This document shows, piece by piece, positions 1 through 7,995 of a stretch of 38,777 nucleotides of DNA (positions within the stretch are counted from its first letter, which is position 1; the number at the start of each line of letters is the position of its first letter). The notes below the pieces were generated by a model. It worked only from the letters and a program-made list of their open reading frames with translations, was not told the DNA's origin and ran no database searches. Made by a program: the position numbers and the translations under genes. This DNA comes from Terriglobales bacterium. Its GTDB lineage: Bacteria; Acidobacteriota; Terriglobia; Terriglobales; Acidobacteriaceae. The stretch covers positions 1-38,777 of the forward strand of contig DASZRZ010000063.1 of assembly GCA_035548935.1 (NCBI GenBank). The letters are read 5' to 3'.

Positions 1-333
1 GACGGCATGATCTGGGTCGGCGAATACAACGGCGGCAACATGGCGCGCTTCGACCCCAAAACCCAGACCTTCAAGGAATTTCCCCTGCCCGGACCCGACC
101 CCACCCCCTACGCCATGGGCTTCGACGCCGAGGGCTACCTCTGGTACAACTCGCACCGCATGGACGTGCTGGGCCGCATGGATACTAAAACCGGCAAGGT
201 CATCGAATACCCCTTCCCCCACTCGGAAATCGCCATGCGGGAGTTCTTCCGCGATGCGCAGGGGCGGATGTGGTACGGCTCCAATCCTAATAATGTGGTG
301 GGATACTTTTATCTGGCGAAAAAGGGTAAATAG
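1..333 (+). CDS. C-terminal fragment of a Vgb (virginiamycin B lyase)-like beta-propeller repeat protein; the 5' end lies upstream of the window
   Basis: Frame 1 is open from base 1 (GAC GGC ATG...); the track lists it only from the Met at 7. It contains repeated blade-like segments (G..W....G.n..RFD.KT..F.EFPLP / G.LWY.....v.GRmDtKTGKVIEYPFP) typical of streptogramin-lyase-type propellers. TAG stop at 331-333. Confidence 0.55.
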   Translation, partial: DGMIWVGEYNGGNMARFDPKTQTFKEFPLPGPDPTPYAMGFDAEGYLWYNSHRMDVLGRMDTKTGKVIEYPFPHSEIAMREFFRDAQGRMWYGSNPNNVVGYFYLAKKGK

Positions 334-419
334 GCCGGAAGTTCAGACCATGGTAGAAACGGGCTCCGGGAGCCTCTCGGAGTCATTTTGTGGGCTAATG
401 AACGGCAAAATTAAGAGAT

Positions 420-493
420 TGGCTGCCCCCCAGGGATTCGAACCCCGATAACCTGCTCCAGAGGCAGGTGTCCTACCATTGAACGAGGGGGCA
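420..493 (-). tRNA. tRNA-Gln (anticodon CUG), 74 nt, CCA encoded
   Basis: The reverse complement reads TGCCCCC TC GTTC AATGGTA GGAC A CCTGC CTCTGGA GCAGG TTAT CGGGG TTCGAAT CCCTG GGGGGCA G CCA. It has a 7-bp acceptor stem, a 4-bp D stem, a 5-bp anticodon stem with loop CU-CUG-GA, and a T-arm with GTTCGAATC. Confidence 0.9.
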
Positions 494-624
494 ACTACAG
501 GCGGGACGTGTCCGGACACCCTGATTTTAGTTCCGAATGCCAACACGGTCAAATTGGCAGGTTTGGTTAGAGGTCTGCCATAGGTATTGGGACCATTGCA
601 TATGCCCTAGGCCTCAAAACAGGC

Positions 625-1005
625 TCAGTAGGGCATGAATCCCACCTCTTTTTCCACCTCGACGGTGTCCACCATCGCAATGGCATCCCACGGGCAGCCA
701 TCCAGAAAAGCTCCATCCGGCCCTTTGCTTGTGCACTTCTTGCAGCCGATGCACAGCAGCGGGTCCACCTGGATGCGTCCAAAGGGCGGATGATCCTCGT
801 CCGGAACCCAGAACATGCAATCTTCAATGGGACAGTACTCAACACAGGCAGGAGAACCGGCGCAACCGGTACAACACTCGGTGATAACGGCCAATTCCTT
901 GGGCTTTTTTTTGCGTGGCGTGGTCAGCCCATGGGAGATGGGCTCGTGCTTGAGTTCGTCCGGCACCATGCCGGGAGCCTTTTGTACAGCCGGTGGAGTG
1001 GCCAT
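625..1005 (-). CDS. 2x[4Fe-4S] dicluster ferredoxin with an N-terminal extension
   Basis: There are two cluster motifs: CTGCAGSPACVEYCP and CIGCKKC-x12-CP. The track ORF (625..1161) overlaps the upstream 93-aa gene, so I use the first ATG after that gene (1005, MATPPAV...). ATG 969 (MVPDELK, AAGG 9 nt upstream) is an alternative. Confidence 0.7.
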   Translation of the reverse strand: MATPPAVQKAPGMVPDELKHEPISHGLTTPRKKKPKELAVITECCTGCAGSPACVEYCPIEDCMFWVPDEDHPPFGRIQVDPLLCIGCKKCTSKGPDGAFLDGCPWDAIAMVDTVEVEKEVGFMPY

Positions 1006-1014
1006 AGGCTGGGG

Positions 1015-1020
1015 ATTATA
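1015..1020 (-). promoter_or_regulatory. Perfect TATAAT -10-like hexamer 9 nt upstream of the ferredoxin ATG (possible near-leaderless transcript)
   Basis: The minus strand reads gggtTATAATccccagcctATG. No Shine-Dalgarno sequence lies between the hexamer and the ATG. Confidence 0.3.
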
Positions 1021-1123
1021 ACCCAGAAACGCCGCAATTTCCCCACCCCTGCCAGTATCTTTTGAAAACTTCCGGGTGAAAGCTACCGGGTTCAAGGAAA
1101 ACGCCTGGCTTGGCTGCCTTTGC

Positions 1124-1405
1124 CTACTTGGCGGCCATGTGCGGCCCCAGTTCCGTCTCAATGTCCTGGATGGTGATCTTCTCGCCGTTATTCAGGCGCT
1201 TGAGCAGTGCCTCGATAATGTCCTTGGCATCGTCCTTCCGCCAGTTCTTGATGAAGCCGTCATAAAAGCTCTCGCCGGCCATGGCGCGGTTGATCTCCCA
1301 CTCCTTGTTCTGGTCGGTCAGATCGGTGTAATACACCACGCGGTAAGATCCGCTATAGGTGCTCTCGCGGTAAATCTCAAACAAAACCTTGTCGGATTCC
1401 ATCAT
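1124..1405 (-). CDS. Hypothetical small protein (93 aa), no family recognised
   Basis: ATG start with GAGGGTG about 12 nt upstream. The amino-acid composition is balanced and protein-like (MMESDKVLFEIYRESTYSGSYRVVYY...). It lies co-oriented between the rhodanese and the ferredoxin. Confidence 0.55.
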   Translation of the reverse strand: MMESDKVLFEIYRESTYSGSYRVVYYTDLTDQNKEWEINRAMAGESFYDGFIKNWRKDDAKDIIEALLKRLNNGEKITIQDIETELGPHMAAK

Positions 1406-1450
1406 CGTACGGCAACACCCTCGCCTGTTAGTTTGGAGAACTGATCTTAT

Positions 1451-1493
1451 AATACCCGGCTAATACCCGGCCAATACCGGCCAATACCCGCCC
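1451..1493. repeat. Four tandem copies of a 10-11-bp unit, AATACC(C)GGC(C/T)
   Basis: aatacccggct / aatacccggcc / aataccggcc / aatacccgccc, read directly. The array lies in the 112-bp spacer between the rhodanese stop (1518) and the start of the 93-aa gene (1405). It is flanked by TTATAA at 1447-1452. Confidence 0.85.
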
Positions 1494-1517
1494 GCCGTTT
1501 CACCGGGCTCCCGCCCG

Positions 1518-1892
1518 TCAGCCCTTCGTGAGCGGATACTCTTTTTCCCGCCACTCGCGAATTCCGCCATTCATGGAAATCACGTTGGTATAACCCATCT
1601 TCTGAAGATTGTCCGCCGCCAAGGCCGAGCGGTATCCGCCCCCGCAATAGAGGACCATGGGGGTGGCGAGGTCGGGAACCTTCTGCTCCACGTCGCGCTC
1701 AATCACTCCCTTGCCCATGTGTACCGCGCCGGGAATGTGATCCTGGGCGAACTCGCTCTCCTCGCGCACATCCACCAGTAAAAACTTTTCGCCCTGCTCC
1801 AGTTCCTTCTTAACCTCATCCACGCTGGCCTCGCGGATACGCTTACGGGCTTGGTTCACGATCTCGAGAAAATGGGGGGAGTGTTGGGCCAT
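1518..1892 (-). CDS. Single-domain rhodanese-like sulfurtransferase
   Basis: It has the rhodanese fold signature LLVDVREESEF...HIPGAVH and the active-site loop YCGGGYRS. ATG at 1892; a TTG two codons upstream (1898) is the track start. Confidence 0.85.
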   Translation of the reverse strand: MAQHSPHFLEIVNQARKRIREASVDEVKKELEQGEKFLLVDVREESEFAQDHIPGAVHMGKGVIERDVEQKVPDLATPMVLYCGGGYRSALAADNLQKMGYTNVISMNGGIREWREKEYPLTKG

Positions 1893-1950
1893 GCCCAATC
1901 TTACCGAAGGAAGACCCCTGAAACCAGAGCCCTTCCCGGCAAAGCTCCGC

Positions 1951-1984
1951 GCAAAGAAAAACCCGGCTGCCGCCAGCCGGGTTT
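1951..1984 (-). terminator. Rho-independent terminator downstream of the activase operon
   Basis: A 9-bp GC-rich stem (ACCCGGCTG / CAGCCGGGT, 1961-1969 with 1974-1982) has a CCGC loop. On the minus strand it is followed by TTTTCTTT. It lies 44 nt after the stop at 2028. Confidence 0.75.
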
Positions 1985-2014
1985 CTTATTTCAAGCAAGC
2001 TTATTTCAAGCTTG
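1985..2014. repeat. 15-bp tandem duplication (cttatttcaagcaag / cttatttcaagcttg)
   Basis: Read directly. It lies between the terminator hairpin and the activase stop codon. Confidence 0.8.
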
Positions 2015-2027
2015 TGAGCTGAGAAGC

Positions 2028-5000
2028 TTAGTCGCCACTCATCTCGATCAGCTCCCGATTCGCCGGCTGCATTCCGCCCAGCTGAACCAGCTCCGCCGGA
2101 GCCTGCTCGCTGCCGCATCCGCCCTCTTTACCGGCGAACTTCGCCGCCAGCATGAGCTCGTGCCGCAACTGCTCCTCGAATTTCCCAAGCTGCTCGTCGA
2201 TGGTGAGCTGCTTCTGCTTGTTCCGTACCATCTCTTCACGGTAGCGCTTCAGGAAGTAGCCGATGGTTTCCACGCGAATCTTGATGGAACCCGTGGGCTT
2301 GTTCTCGTCGATATCCTTGAAGCAGAAGTACGGCGTACCCGAGTGCTCCACGATCTCTTCGATCACGGTATAGATCGGAGCATCGTGTCCGCACTTGAAG
2401 CTGGAGAGCTCCAGAGCCACCAGGTTGGGATGGCGAGCGATGTACTTCGCCGCCCAGACCTTGCGCGAGGTGTTCTCCGAGTAGGAGTTCTTCCACACGT
2501 CGGAGACATCCAGCGGATGCTGAATCTGCCCCGCCTTCACCTCTTCGCCGAATAGCCGCCAGATAATTTCATCGTCGATGGGCAGCGAATCCTGCGAAAA
2601 CACCGGGTATCCAAGCTTCTGGAACTCTTCCAGAATCTCGTGGTTGATGCCGGGATCGTTGTGATACGGACGTCCCAGCAGCACAATGCCCAGCCTGTCC
2701 TCTTCTTCGAGCTTCTTGAGGACATCGCGCGCGGTGCCGCGCATGATGTCGTCATCGAACGCCTTCATGGCCTTGAAGCCCTCAAGCACGGCGCGGTAAT
2801 CCTCTTCCTCGCTCAAGCCAAGAATCTCCTGCCAGTCCTGGTACATCTGGCGGTGGGCCATCTTGGGATCGTCGAGGCAGATCAGCGTGTCCTTCCAGAT
2901 CACGCCCTTCTCCTTGAACATGTCGCCTTCCTTGGTAAAGGCTGCCTTCACCGAAGCCGGCGTGGCGGTAACGGTCGGGCATGCCCGGGCCGACTGCGTA
3001 TTCACCAGGTAGGTGGGAAGCGAATCGATCATCGGGAAGAAGATAATGTCTAGATTCTTCTTGGCGTGAATTCCGTAGATCAGGTTATGTACGTGCGGAA
3101 TTCCAACCTTCGACGGGAAGCACGGATCGATGGCGCCGCGCTTGGCGCCTTCTTTGTAGAGCTGTTCGCTGGTGTACTCGGACCAGAAGATGTTCTCCGC
3201 CTTCACTCCCAGCGCCTCGAAGTAGGCCGTAAAGAACGGTCCACACGAGTACATATTGAGAGCCTTCGGCATGCCGATCTTCAGCTCCGCGCGCTTCTTC
3301 ATCAGCTCGGCGCGGCTCTTCTGCGCCTTGGTCAGCTGGAGTTTGGGCAGCGCGTCGGCGACCACCGGCGGCTCAAAGCTCTTGAAGGCCGCCTTGGCGG
3401 CGATCTCCACCAGATTCGGGTTTTCCTTCTTGATGGCGTCGATGTTGCCCTTAATGACGCGCATCTCCTCCACGTTTTCCACCGTGCCCTTTTCGCAGGT
3501 GGCAATGATCAGCCGCTGCGCGCCCTCCGCCAGCGGAACCTTGGTTTTAACCGGCGGCGTGTAGTTCGGATTGGGAACCGTGGTCTTCACATCGATAAAG
3601 GTGCGAAGGCACTTGTTCTTGCAGAAGTAGCAGCGCGTCGCCTCTTCACGCGTGGTGGTGTAGGTGATGGAAGCCACGCTCTCCAGGCCGATGAACTCGG
3701 TCGTCTTGCCGTTCTCCCACAGCCGGACAGCCTCCACCGCGCAACCGATCGCGCCCGCTTCGCCGCAGTGCTGGTGCACGATCACTTCGGCCTTTACGTC
3801 CTTGCCCTTGAAGCGCGACTCGATGAAATCCACCTGCGACTTCACCGCCGCCAGATTGTGCTGCGTGCCGCCCTGAAGAATGAACTTGCGTCCGATGGCG
3901 CTCAGGTTGGGAATCTGTGAAACATACAGCCAGATGTTCTTGGGCAGCACGTTGCACAATCCCGCCATGATCTCTTCCGGCTTCCAGCCCTGGCGTTGGA
4001 AGTCCACAATGTCCGACTGCATGAATACCGCGCAGCCATAACCGAACTGCGGATACCCCGTGGCTCCGAACGCCAGATCAGCGAACTGCTCCACCTTGAA
4101 TCCGAAGCTCTCGCAGGTGCCCTGCAGGAAGTAGCCATTGCCCGCCGAGCACTGGGTGTTCAGCTTGAAGTCTTTTACGCGGCCATCGCGCAGGATGATG
4201 ATCTTGATGTCCTGCCCGCCCACATCGCAGATAACGTCCGCATCGGGATAGAAGTGCAGCGCCGCCTGCGTATGCGCAACCGTTTCCACCAGCGCAACGT
4301 CGGCGCCGATGGCGTCTTTCAGAATGTCCTTGGCATAGCCCGTCGTGCCCACGCCCATGATCTTCAGCGTGGCTCCCTGGTCGGTCACCTGCTTGGCGAC
4401 CTTTGCCAGCACCTCCTGCGTATCCTCAATCGGATTTCCGCGGGAGAGCTGATAGGTCTTGCACAGCACGTTGCGGTTCTTATCAACCAGCACGGCCTTG
4501 GTGGAGGTCGATCCTCCATCCAGCCCGATAAAGCCCTCTACAACCTGTCCCGGAGTAAAGGTGGTCGCGATGAAGGACTTCTTCTTGTACTTCTCCTTGA
4601 ACGCCGCCAGCTCGGCATCGTCCTTGGCCAGCGCCTGCGCGCCGCCCTTCTTGGCCTTTTCCACCGCCCGGCCTTCGGTGATGTACCACTCGAGCTTTTC
4701 GTATCCCGTATAGAGGCCGATATTGGCATCTTCCTGCTTGCCAAATTCCACCGCTCCAATGCAGGCAAAATACTGCGCGTTGTCCGGGGTGCGGATCAGG
4801 TCCTTGGGATCGACGCCCTCGGGCAGCGGATAGTTGCGCTCCGCCCAAATCTTGGGAATATTCGCCTTCCAGCAGTCGCGCATTCCCTTGATGTAGCAGT
4901 TCGGACCACCCAGCAGCAGCACTACGGGCCGCAGGGTGTTTCCGCGCGTTAATACTGAAAGATTCTGCTGAATGATGGACTCGAACAGCGACGCCATCAG

Positions 5001-5621
5001 CTCATCGGCGGGGACGCCCTGCTTCTGCAGGCCGTTGATGTCCGTCTCAGCGAACACGCCGCACTTGCCGGCCACGGCGTGCAGCTTGATGCCCTCATAT
5101 CCCATCTCGCAGAGCTTGTCGCTGGGGATTCGCAGCTTGGCATTGATCTTGTCGATCACCGCGCCGGTGCCGCCCGCGCACTTGTCGTTCATCGAGGGCA
5201 GCTTCTTCTTCTTTCCGGTCTCCGGGTCTTCCTTGAAGATGATGATCTTGGCGTCCTGCCCGCCCAGCTCAATTACGGAACCGCACTCCGGATAGAGCTT
5301 CTCCACCGCGAGCGATACCGCGTTCACTTCCTGCACGAACTTGGCGCCAATGTGCTTGGCAATGCCCGAACCACCGGAGCCGGTGATGAATACCCGGTAA
5401 TTCTCCTGCGGCGTGGCGGGCAAATCCGCCTGGATGGCCTTGAACATCTCCAAAGCCTTCTCCGGCTGCTTGGTGTCGTGCCGCTGGTAGTCCTGCCAGA
5501 GAATTTCGTCCGTCTCGTTATCGACCACAATCACCTTTACCGTGGTTGAGCCAACATCCACGCCCATCCACAGCTGGCCATAACACTTACTCGGGTTCGC
5601 TTTTTCTGTCAGTCCGGACAT
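2028..5621 (-). CDS. Fusion protein of two tandem BcrAD/BadFG/HgdC-type (ASKHA) activase ATPase domains plus a C-terminal 2-hydroxyacyl-CoA-dehydratase-like (DUF2229-type) module
   Basis: Phosphate-1 motifs GVDVGSTTVK and GLDGGSTSTK are present. Cluster-bridging cysteines occur in both copies (NDKCAGGTG / GKCGVFAETD and NTQCSAGNG / YGCAVFMQSD). The C-terminal part has IGMPKALNMYSCGPFF, IDPCFPSK and SFKCGHD motifs. ATG with GAGGA upstream. Confidence 0.9.
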   Translation of the reverse strand: MSGLTEKANPSKCYGQLWMGVDVGSTTVKVIVVDNETDEILWQDYQRHDTKQPEKALEMFKAIQADLPATPQENYRVFITGSGGSGIAKHIGAKFVQEVNAVSLAVEKLYPECGSVIELGGQDAKIIIFKEDPETGKKKKLPSMNDKCAGGTGAVIDKINAKLRIPSDKLCEMGYEGIKLHAVAGKCGVFAETDINGLQKQGVPADELMASLFESIIQQNLSVLTRGNTLRPVVLLLGGPNCYIKGMRDCWKANIPKIWAERNYPLPEGVDPKDLIRTPDNAQYFACIGAVEFGKQEDANIGLYTGYEKLEWYITEGRAVEKAKKGGAQALAKDDAELAAFKEKYKKKSFIATTFTPGQVVEGFIGLDGGSTSTKAVLVDKNRNVLCKTYQLSRGNPIEDTQEVLAKVAKQVTDQGATLKIMGVGTTGYAKDILKDAIGADVALVETVAHTQAALHFYPDADVICDVGGQDIKIIILRDGRVKDFKLNTQCSAGNGYFLQGTCESFGFKVEQFADLAFGATGYPQFGYGCAVFMQSDIVDFQRQGWKPEEIMAGLCNVLPKNIWLYVSQIPNLSAIGRKFILQGGTQHNLAAVKSQVDFIESRFKGKDVKAEVIVHQHCGEAGAIGCAVEAVRLWENGKTTEFIGLESVASITYTTTREEATRCYFCKNKCLRTFIDVKTTVPNPNYTPPVKTKVPLAEGAQRLIIATCEKGTVENVEEMRVIKGNIDAIKKENPNLVEIAAKAAFKSFEPPVVADALPKLQLTKAQKSRAELMKKRAELKIGMPKALNMYSCGPFFTAYFEALGVKAENIFWSEYTSEQLYKEGAKRGAIDPCFPSKVGIPHVHNLIYGIHAKKNLDIIFFPMIDSLPTYLVNTQSARACPTVTATPASVKAAFTKEGDMFKEKGVIWKDTLICLDDPKMAHRQMYQDWQEILGLSEEEDYRAVLEGFKAMKAFDDDIMRGTARDVLKKLEEEDRLGIVLLGRPYHNDPGINHEILEEFQKLGYPVFSQDSLPIDDEIIWRLFGEEVKAGQIQHPLDVSDVWKNSYSENTSRKVWAAKYIARHPNLVALELSSFKCGHDAPIYTVIEEIVEHSGTPYFCFKDIDENKPTGSIKIRVETIGYFLKRYREEMVRNKQKQLTIDEQLGKFEEQLRHELMLAAKFAGKEGGCGSEQAPAELVQLGGMQPANRELIEMSGD

Positions 5622-5683
5622 TGATCCTCAATCCTTGGTATCGGTTGATGAATACTGGTTCATGCTGCTTGCGGAACTTTTCA

Positions 5684-5721
5684 GTCTGCCGGCACTCCCT
5701 CTTGCGGATGTGCCGGCAGAC
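5684..5721 (-). other. Intercistronic perfect 12-bp stem-loop between the two genes of the activase operon
   Basis: GTCTGCCGGCAC (5684-5695) pairs perfectly with GTGCCGGCAGAC (5710-5721), with a 14-nt loop. No U-tract follows on the minus strand, so it is not a classical terminator. Confidence 0.6.
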
Positions 5722-5740
5722 CGGAATCTCTCACCTTCAG

Positions 5741-7552
5741 CTAGTGTGCGTCCTGATGGTAAGGAACCTTTTCGCCCATGCGCTCGGCAACGTGGATGGC
5801 GAAGTTCGCCGCCGCTCCCACCACGCCCTTGTACTTGGGAACGGTGTAGAGCGAAAGCTCCATCTCAGGATTCTGCGCCACATACGCCCTCAGCTCGTCC
5901 AGCGGCTTTCCGAGCTTCTCCATCACGTCCTTGAACTCGAGCTTGGCCTTCGCCTTGGCCTCGCCCAGCGCCATCTGCACGCGGCTATGGGCGTTGATCT
6001 CGCCCTCACCCGAAGTTTCGATGGGCAGGAAGATCATGTCCTTGTAATGCGCCACCACCGCCGACTGCGCGCCATCCGACTGCGTGGAAGGCATGCATCC
6101 GAACGGCTTCAGCGACAGCACCATGTGGCAGAGTTCCTTGTTCGAGTAGTAGATATTCTTCGCCACTTCCAGGTGACCCTCGCCGCCGCCCGCACGCGAG
6201 TTGTAGTAGGGATGTCCGATTCTTTGCAGGTCATACTGATCGACCAGCCGGTGAGCCGAGCCGCCGAGTGCATCCACAATCTTGTGGTACTCGCGCGCGA
6301 AGATCAGCTCAGCCGCCTTCAGCTTCGCCAGCTTCTGCCGGTAGTTCCACTCGATCTTGGCCTGCTTATCAAGCCGCCATGCCGGAGGCATTACCACGCC
6401 CTCCTCCATGCCCTTGGTGTCGCGCAGCTTCTGCACAACCTGGTGGATCATGTACATGATCCAGGTCCCGATCGGCTCCACAATCACCTGCGCGCCCTCT
6501 TTGACCAGGAACGGGAACATCTGGAAGTTGCCGTCGCCCTCGGTCGTCTGCGCCCAGAACTCGCCGGTAATCTTCACAATCGGCTTCACGCGGAAGCGGT
6601 CGATCTTGATGGAGTTGAAACGGTCGCGCACATGATTCAGCGCGGTCACATAGTCGTCCGAGTAGAGCTGGTTGAGGAACTTACCCAGATACTCCACCGT
6701 TCCCTTCATCGGAATCTTGTCCGCAATCGTGCCCAGCGCGTCCTCCACGCTCCACGGTGACTTCTTCTTCAGCACCTCGTGCATGTAATCGATGGACTCA
6801 TCCAGCACGGCGTCCGTCTCGCCCGCATTGGCTTCATAGGGACGAATCTGGTGAGCGACCTCGTTGATGACATCGCCCATGTTGAGCCCGTTCAGCAGGT
6901 TCAGGAAGAAGTCGAGGTTCATCTCCAGCCCGGCCTCGGCATCGGACTGGTTCAGTCCGCCCGACTGCTGGAACAGCATCACGCGGAAGCCGTCAAAACC
7001 GGAGTTGCGCAGCGCCAGCCGGTACTCCGCTTCGTACATTCCGAAGCGGCAGGGACCACATGCGCCGGCAGTGAGATAAACATCATTGTTGATGAGATCT
7101 TCTTTTTTAACGCCCGACTCTTCGAGGGTCTGGAGATACTGCACCAGGTTGCCCACGGTGAAGTAGGTCGGGTTGCACTGCCCGTTGTTGCCGTATTCCT
7201 TGCCGAGCTGGAAGGCCTTCACGTCAGGCGTGGGCACAACCTCGCAGCGATAGCCCAGACCTTCGAGCGCGCCGTGGACCAGCTTTTCGTGCTTCCAGGT
7301 AAGGCCGCCAAACAGCAGCGTGGTCTTGTGCCGCTGGTCTGCCGTAAATCCGCGCTCAATCGGTTTGTGGAAGTGGTGAATCTGCTTTTGGACGACGCCG
7401 GCTTCCCGCTCCAGCCGGGCCTTCTCGTCCGCAACACGCTGGCGGATCATCGTCTCCAGCTCTGGTGTCACCAGGGTTTTGGAGCCTTGGCTTGGCTGCG
7501 AATCAATCTGGACCAATCCTGTGCTGGTCGGCAACTGTGTCGAAGTACTCAT
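5741..7552 (-). CDS. Dehydratase-like / activase-associated subunit (DUF2229-type, 2-hydroxyacyl-CoA dehydratase or double-cubane-cluster protein superfamily)
   Basis: Motifs are GNNGQCNPTYF, GACGPCRFGMYE and LKPFGCMPST. ATG at 7552 is preceded by AAGGTGAAGGA. The track start at 7585 is a GTG with no RBS. The gene lies 119 nt upstream of the fused activase and is co-oriented with it. Confidence 0.85.
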   Translation of the reverse strand: MSTSTQLPTSTGLVQIDSQPSQGSKTLVTPELETMIRQRVADEKARLEREAGVVQKQIHHFHKPIERGFTADQRHKTTLLFGGLTWKHEKLVHGALEGLGYRCEVVPTPDVKAFQLGKEYGNNGQCNPTYFTVGNLVQYLQTLEESGVKKEDLINNDVYLTAGACGPCRFGMYEAEYRLALRNSGFDGFRVMLFQQSGGLNQSDAEAGLEMNLDFFLNLLNGLNMGDVINEVAHQIRPYEANAGETDAVLDESIDYMHEVLKKKSPWSVEDALGTIADKIPMKGTVEYLGKFLNQLYSDDYVTALNHVRDRFNSIKIDRFRVKPIVKITGEFWAQTTEGDGNFQMFPFLVKEGAQVIVEPIGTWIMYMIHQVVQKLRDTKGMEEGVVMPPAWRLDKQAKIEWNYRQKLAKLKAAELIFAREYHKIVDALGGSAHRLVDQYDLQRIGHPYYNSRAGGGEGHLEVAKNIYYSNKELCHMVLSLKPFGCMPSTQSDGAQSAVVAHYKDMIFLPIETSGEGEINAHSRVQMALGEAKAKAKLEFKDVMEKLGKPLDELRAYVAQNPEMELSLYTVPKYKGVVGAAANFAIHVAERMGEKVPYHQDAH

Positions 7553-7877
7553 CGTTCCTTCACCTTTTCCCCCTCGGGCGGCCACCTGCGCTCTCGCAAA
7601 CGCCTGTGCCCCGGGGCTTACCTGTTAAGTCGATTATTGTGCGCAACAAACACTACGGGCTTGCTCCTGAGCATTCTTGTCCGATTCGAGCCTGTGGGCG
7701 ACCGGAATGAACCGAACGGGGTAAATTCGCGGTCCAAGGGGAAGAGCACGAGGGTGAGCGGGAGGCCCACAAAGCCGATTTTTCAGCAACTTACAGATAT
7801 CAACCCACCCCCAGCCCTGCCCGGCTCACAATTTCCACCCACCCAAGAGCCCATCGCGCCGCTTCCAACCGGTCTTT

Positions 7878-7903
7878 GCTATAGTTGGGGGCTATAGTTG
7901 GGT
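7878..7903. repeat. 13-bp tandem duplication containing TATAGT (gctatagttgggg / gctatagttgggt)
   Basis: Read directly. It lies about 95 nt upstream of the ssb start, and each copy carries a -10-like TATAGT. Confidence 0.8.
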
Positions 7904-7995
7904 GGTGCCGGGGGTTTCTTGTTCTCCGGTAAAATCCCAAGAAAATTCTTCTTCCGCGAATCTCCTGAAACTGCGGCAGGTATCGGAGCGATCCA

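Noticed and set aside
334-624. tRNA-Gln as an integration hotspot or genomic-island boundary
   Set aside because: There is no integrase on either side and no visible direct repeat of the tRNA 3' half elsewhere in the window. The flanking genes have the same GC and codon style as the rest.
625-1161. The long form of the ferredoxin ORF; similar long forms exist for gltD (to 12667), NDH-2 (to 32537), GDH (to 33727), GH1 (to 21480) and the dehydratase-like gene (to 7585)
   Set aside because: The extensions overlap upstream genes or lack an RBS. Conserved N-termini and stop/start coupling (ATGA, ATGGGTAA) point to the internal starts.
7596-7612. A sigma-54-like promoter (GGCAC-N6-TTGC on the minus strand) upstream of the dehydratase-like operon
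   Set aside because: The GG-to-GC spacing is 11 nt rather than the strict 10 nt of -24/-12 promoters. No enhancer-binding protein gene is nearby.
7728-7752. A resemblance to the SRP RNA domain IV core (GGUCC-AAGG-GGAAGAGCA versus GGUCC-GGAA-GGAAGCAGC)
   Set aside because: The tetraloop is not GNRA and the 3' strand does not match the conserved AGCA symmetric loop. I could not build a closing helix 5/8, so the resemblance is probably chance.
5546-7897. Plus-strand ORFs of 404 aa and 372 aa antisense to the dehydratase-like gene; similar ORFs lie at 1851-2555, 3066-3920 and 3996-4952, opposite the activase
   Set aside because: Same reasoning applies. They show no motifs and a biased composition, and they fully overlap genes with strong family signatures.
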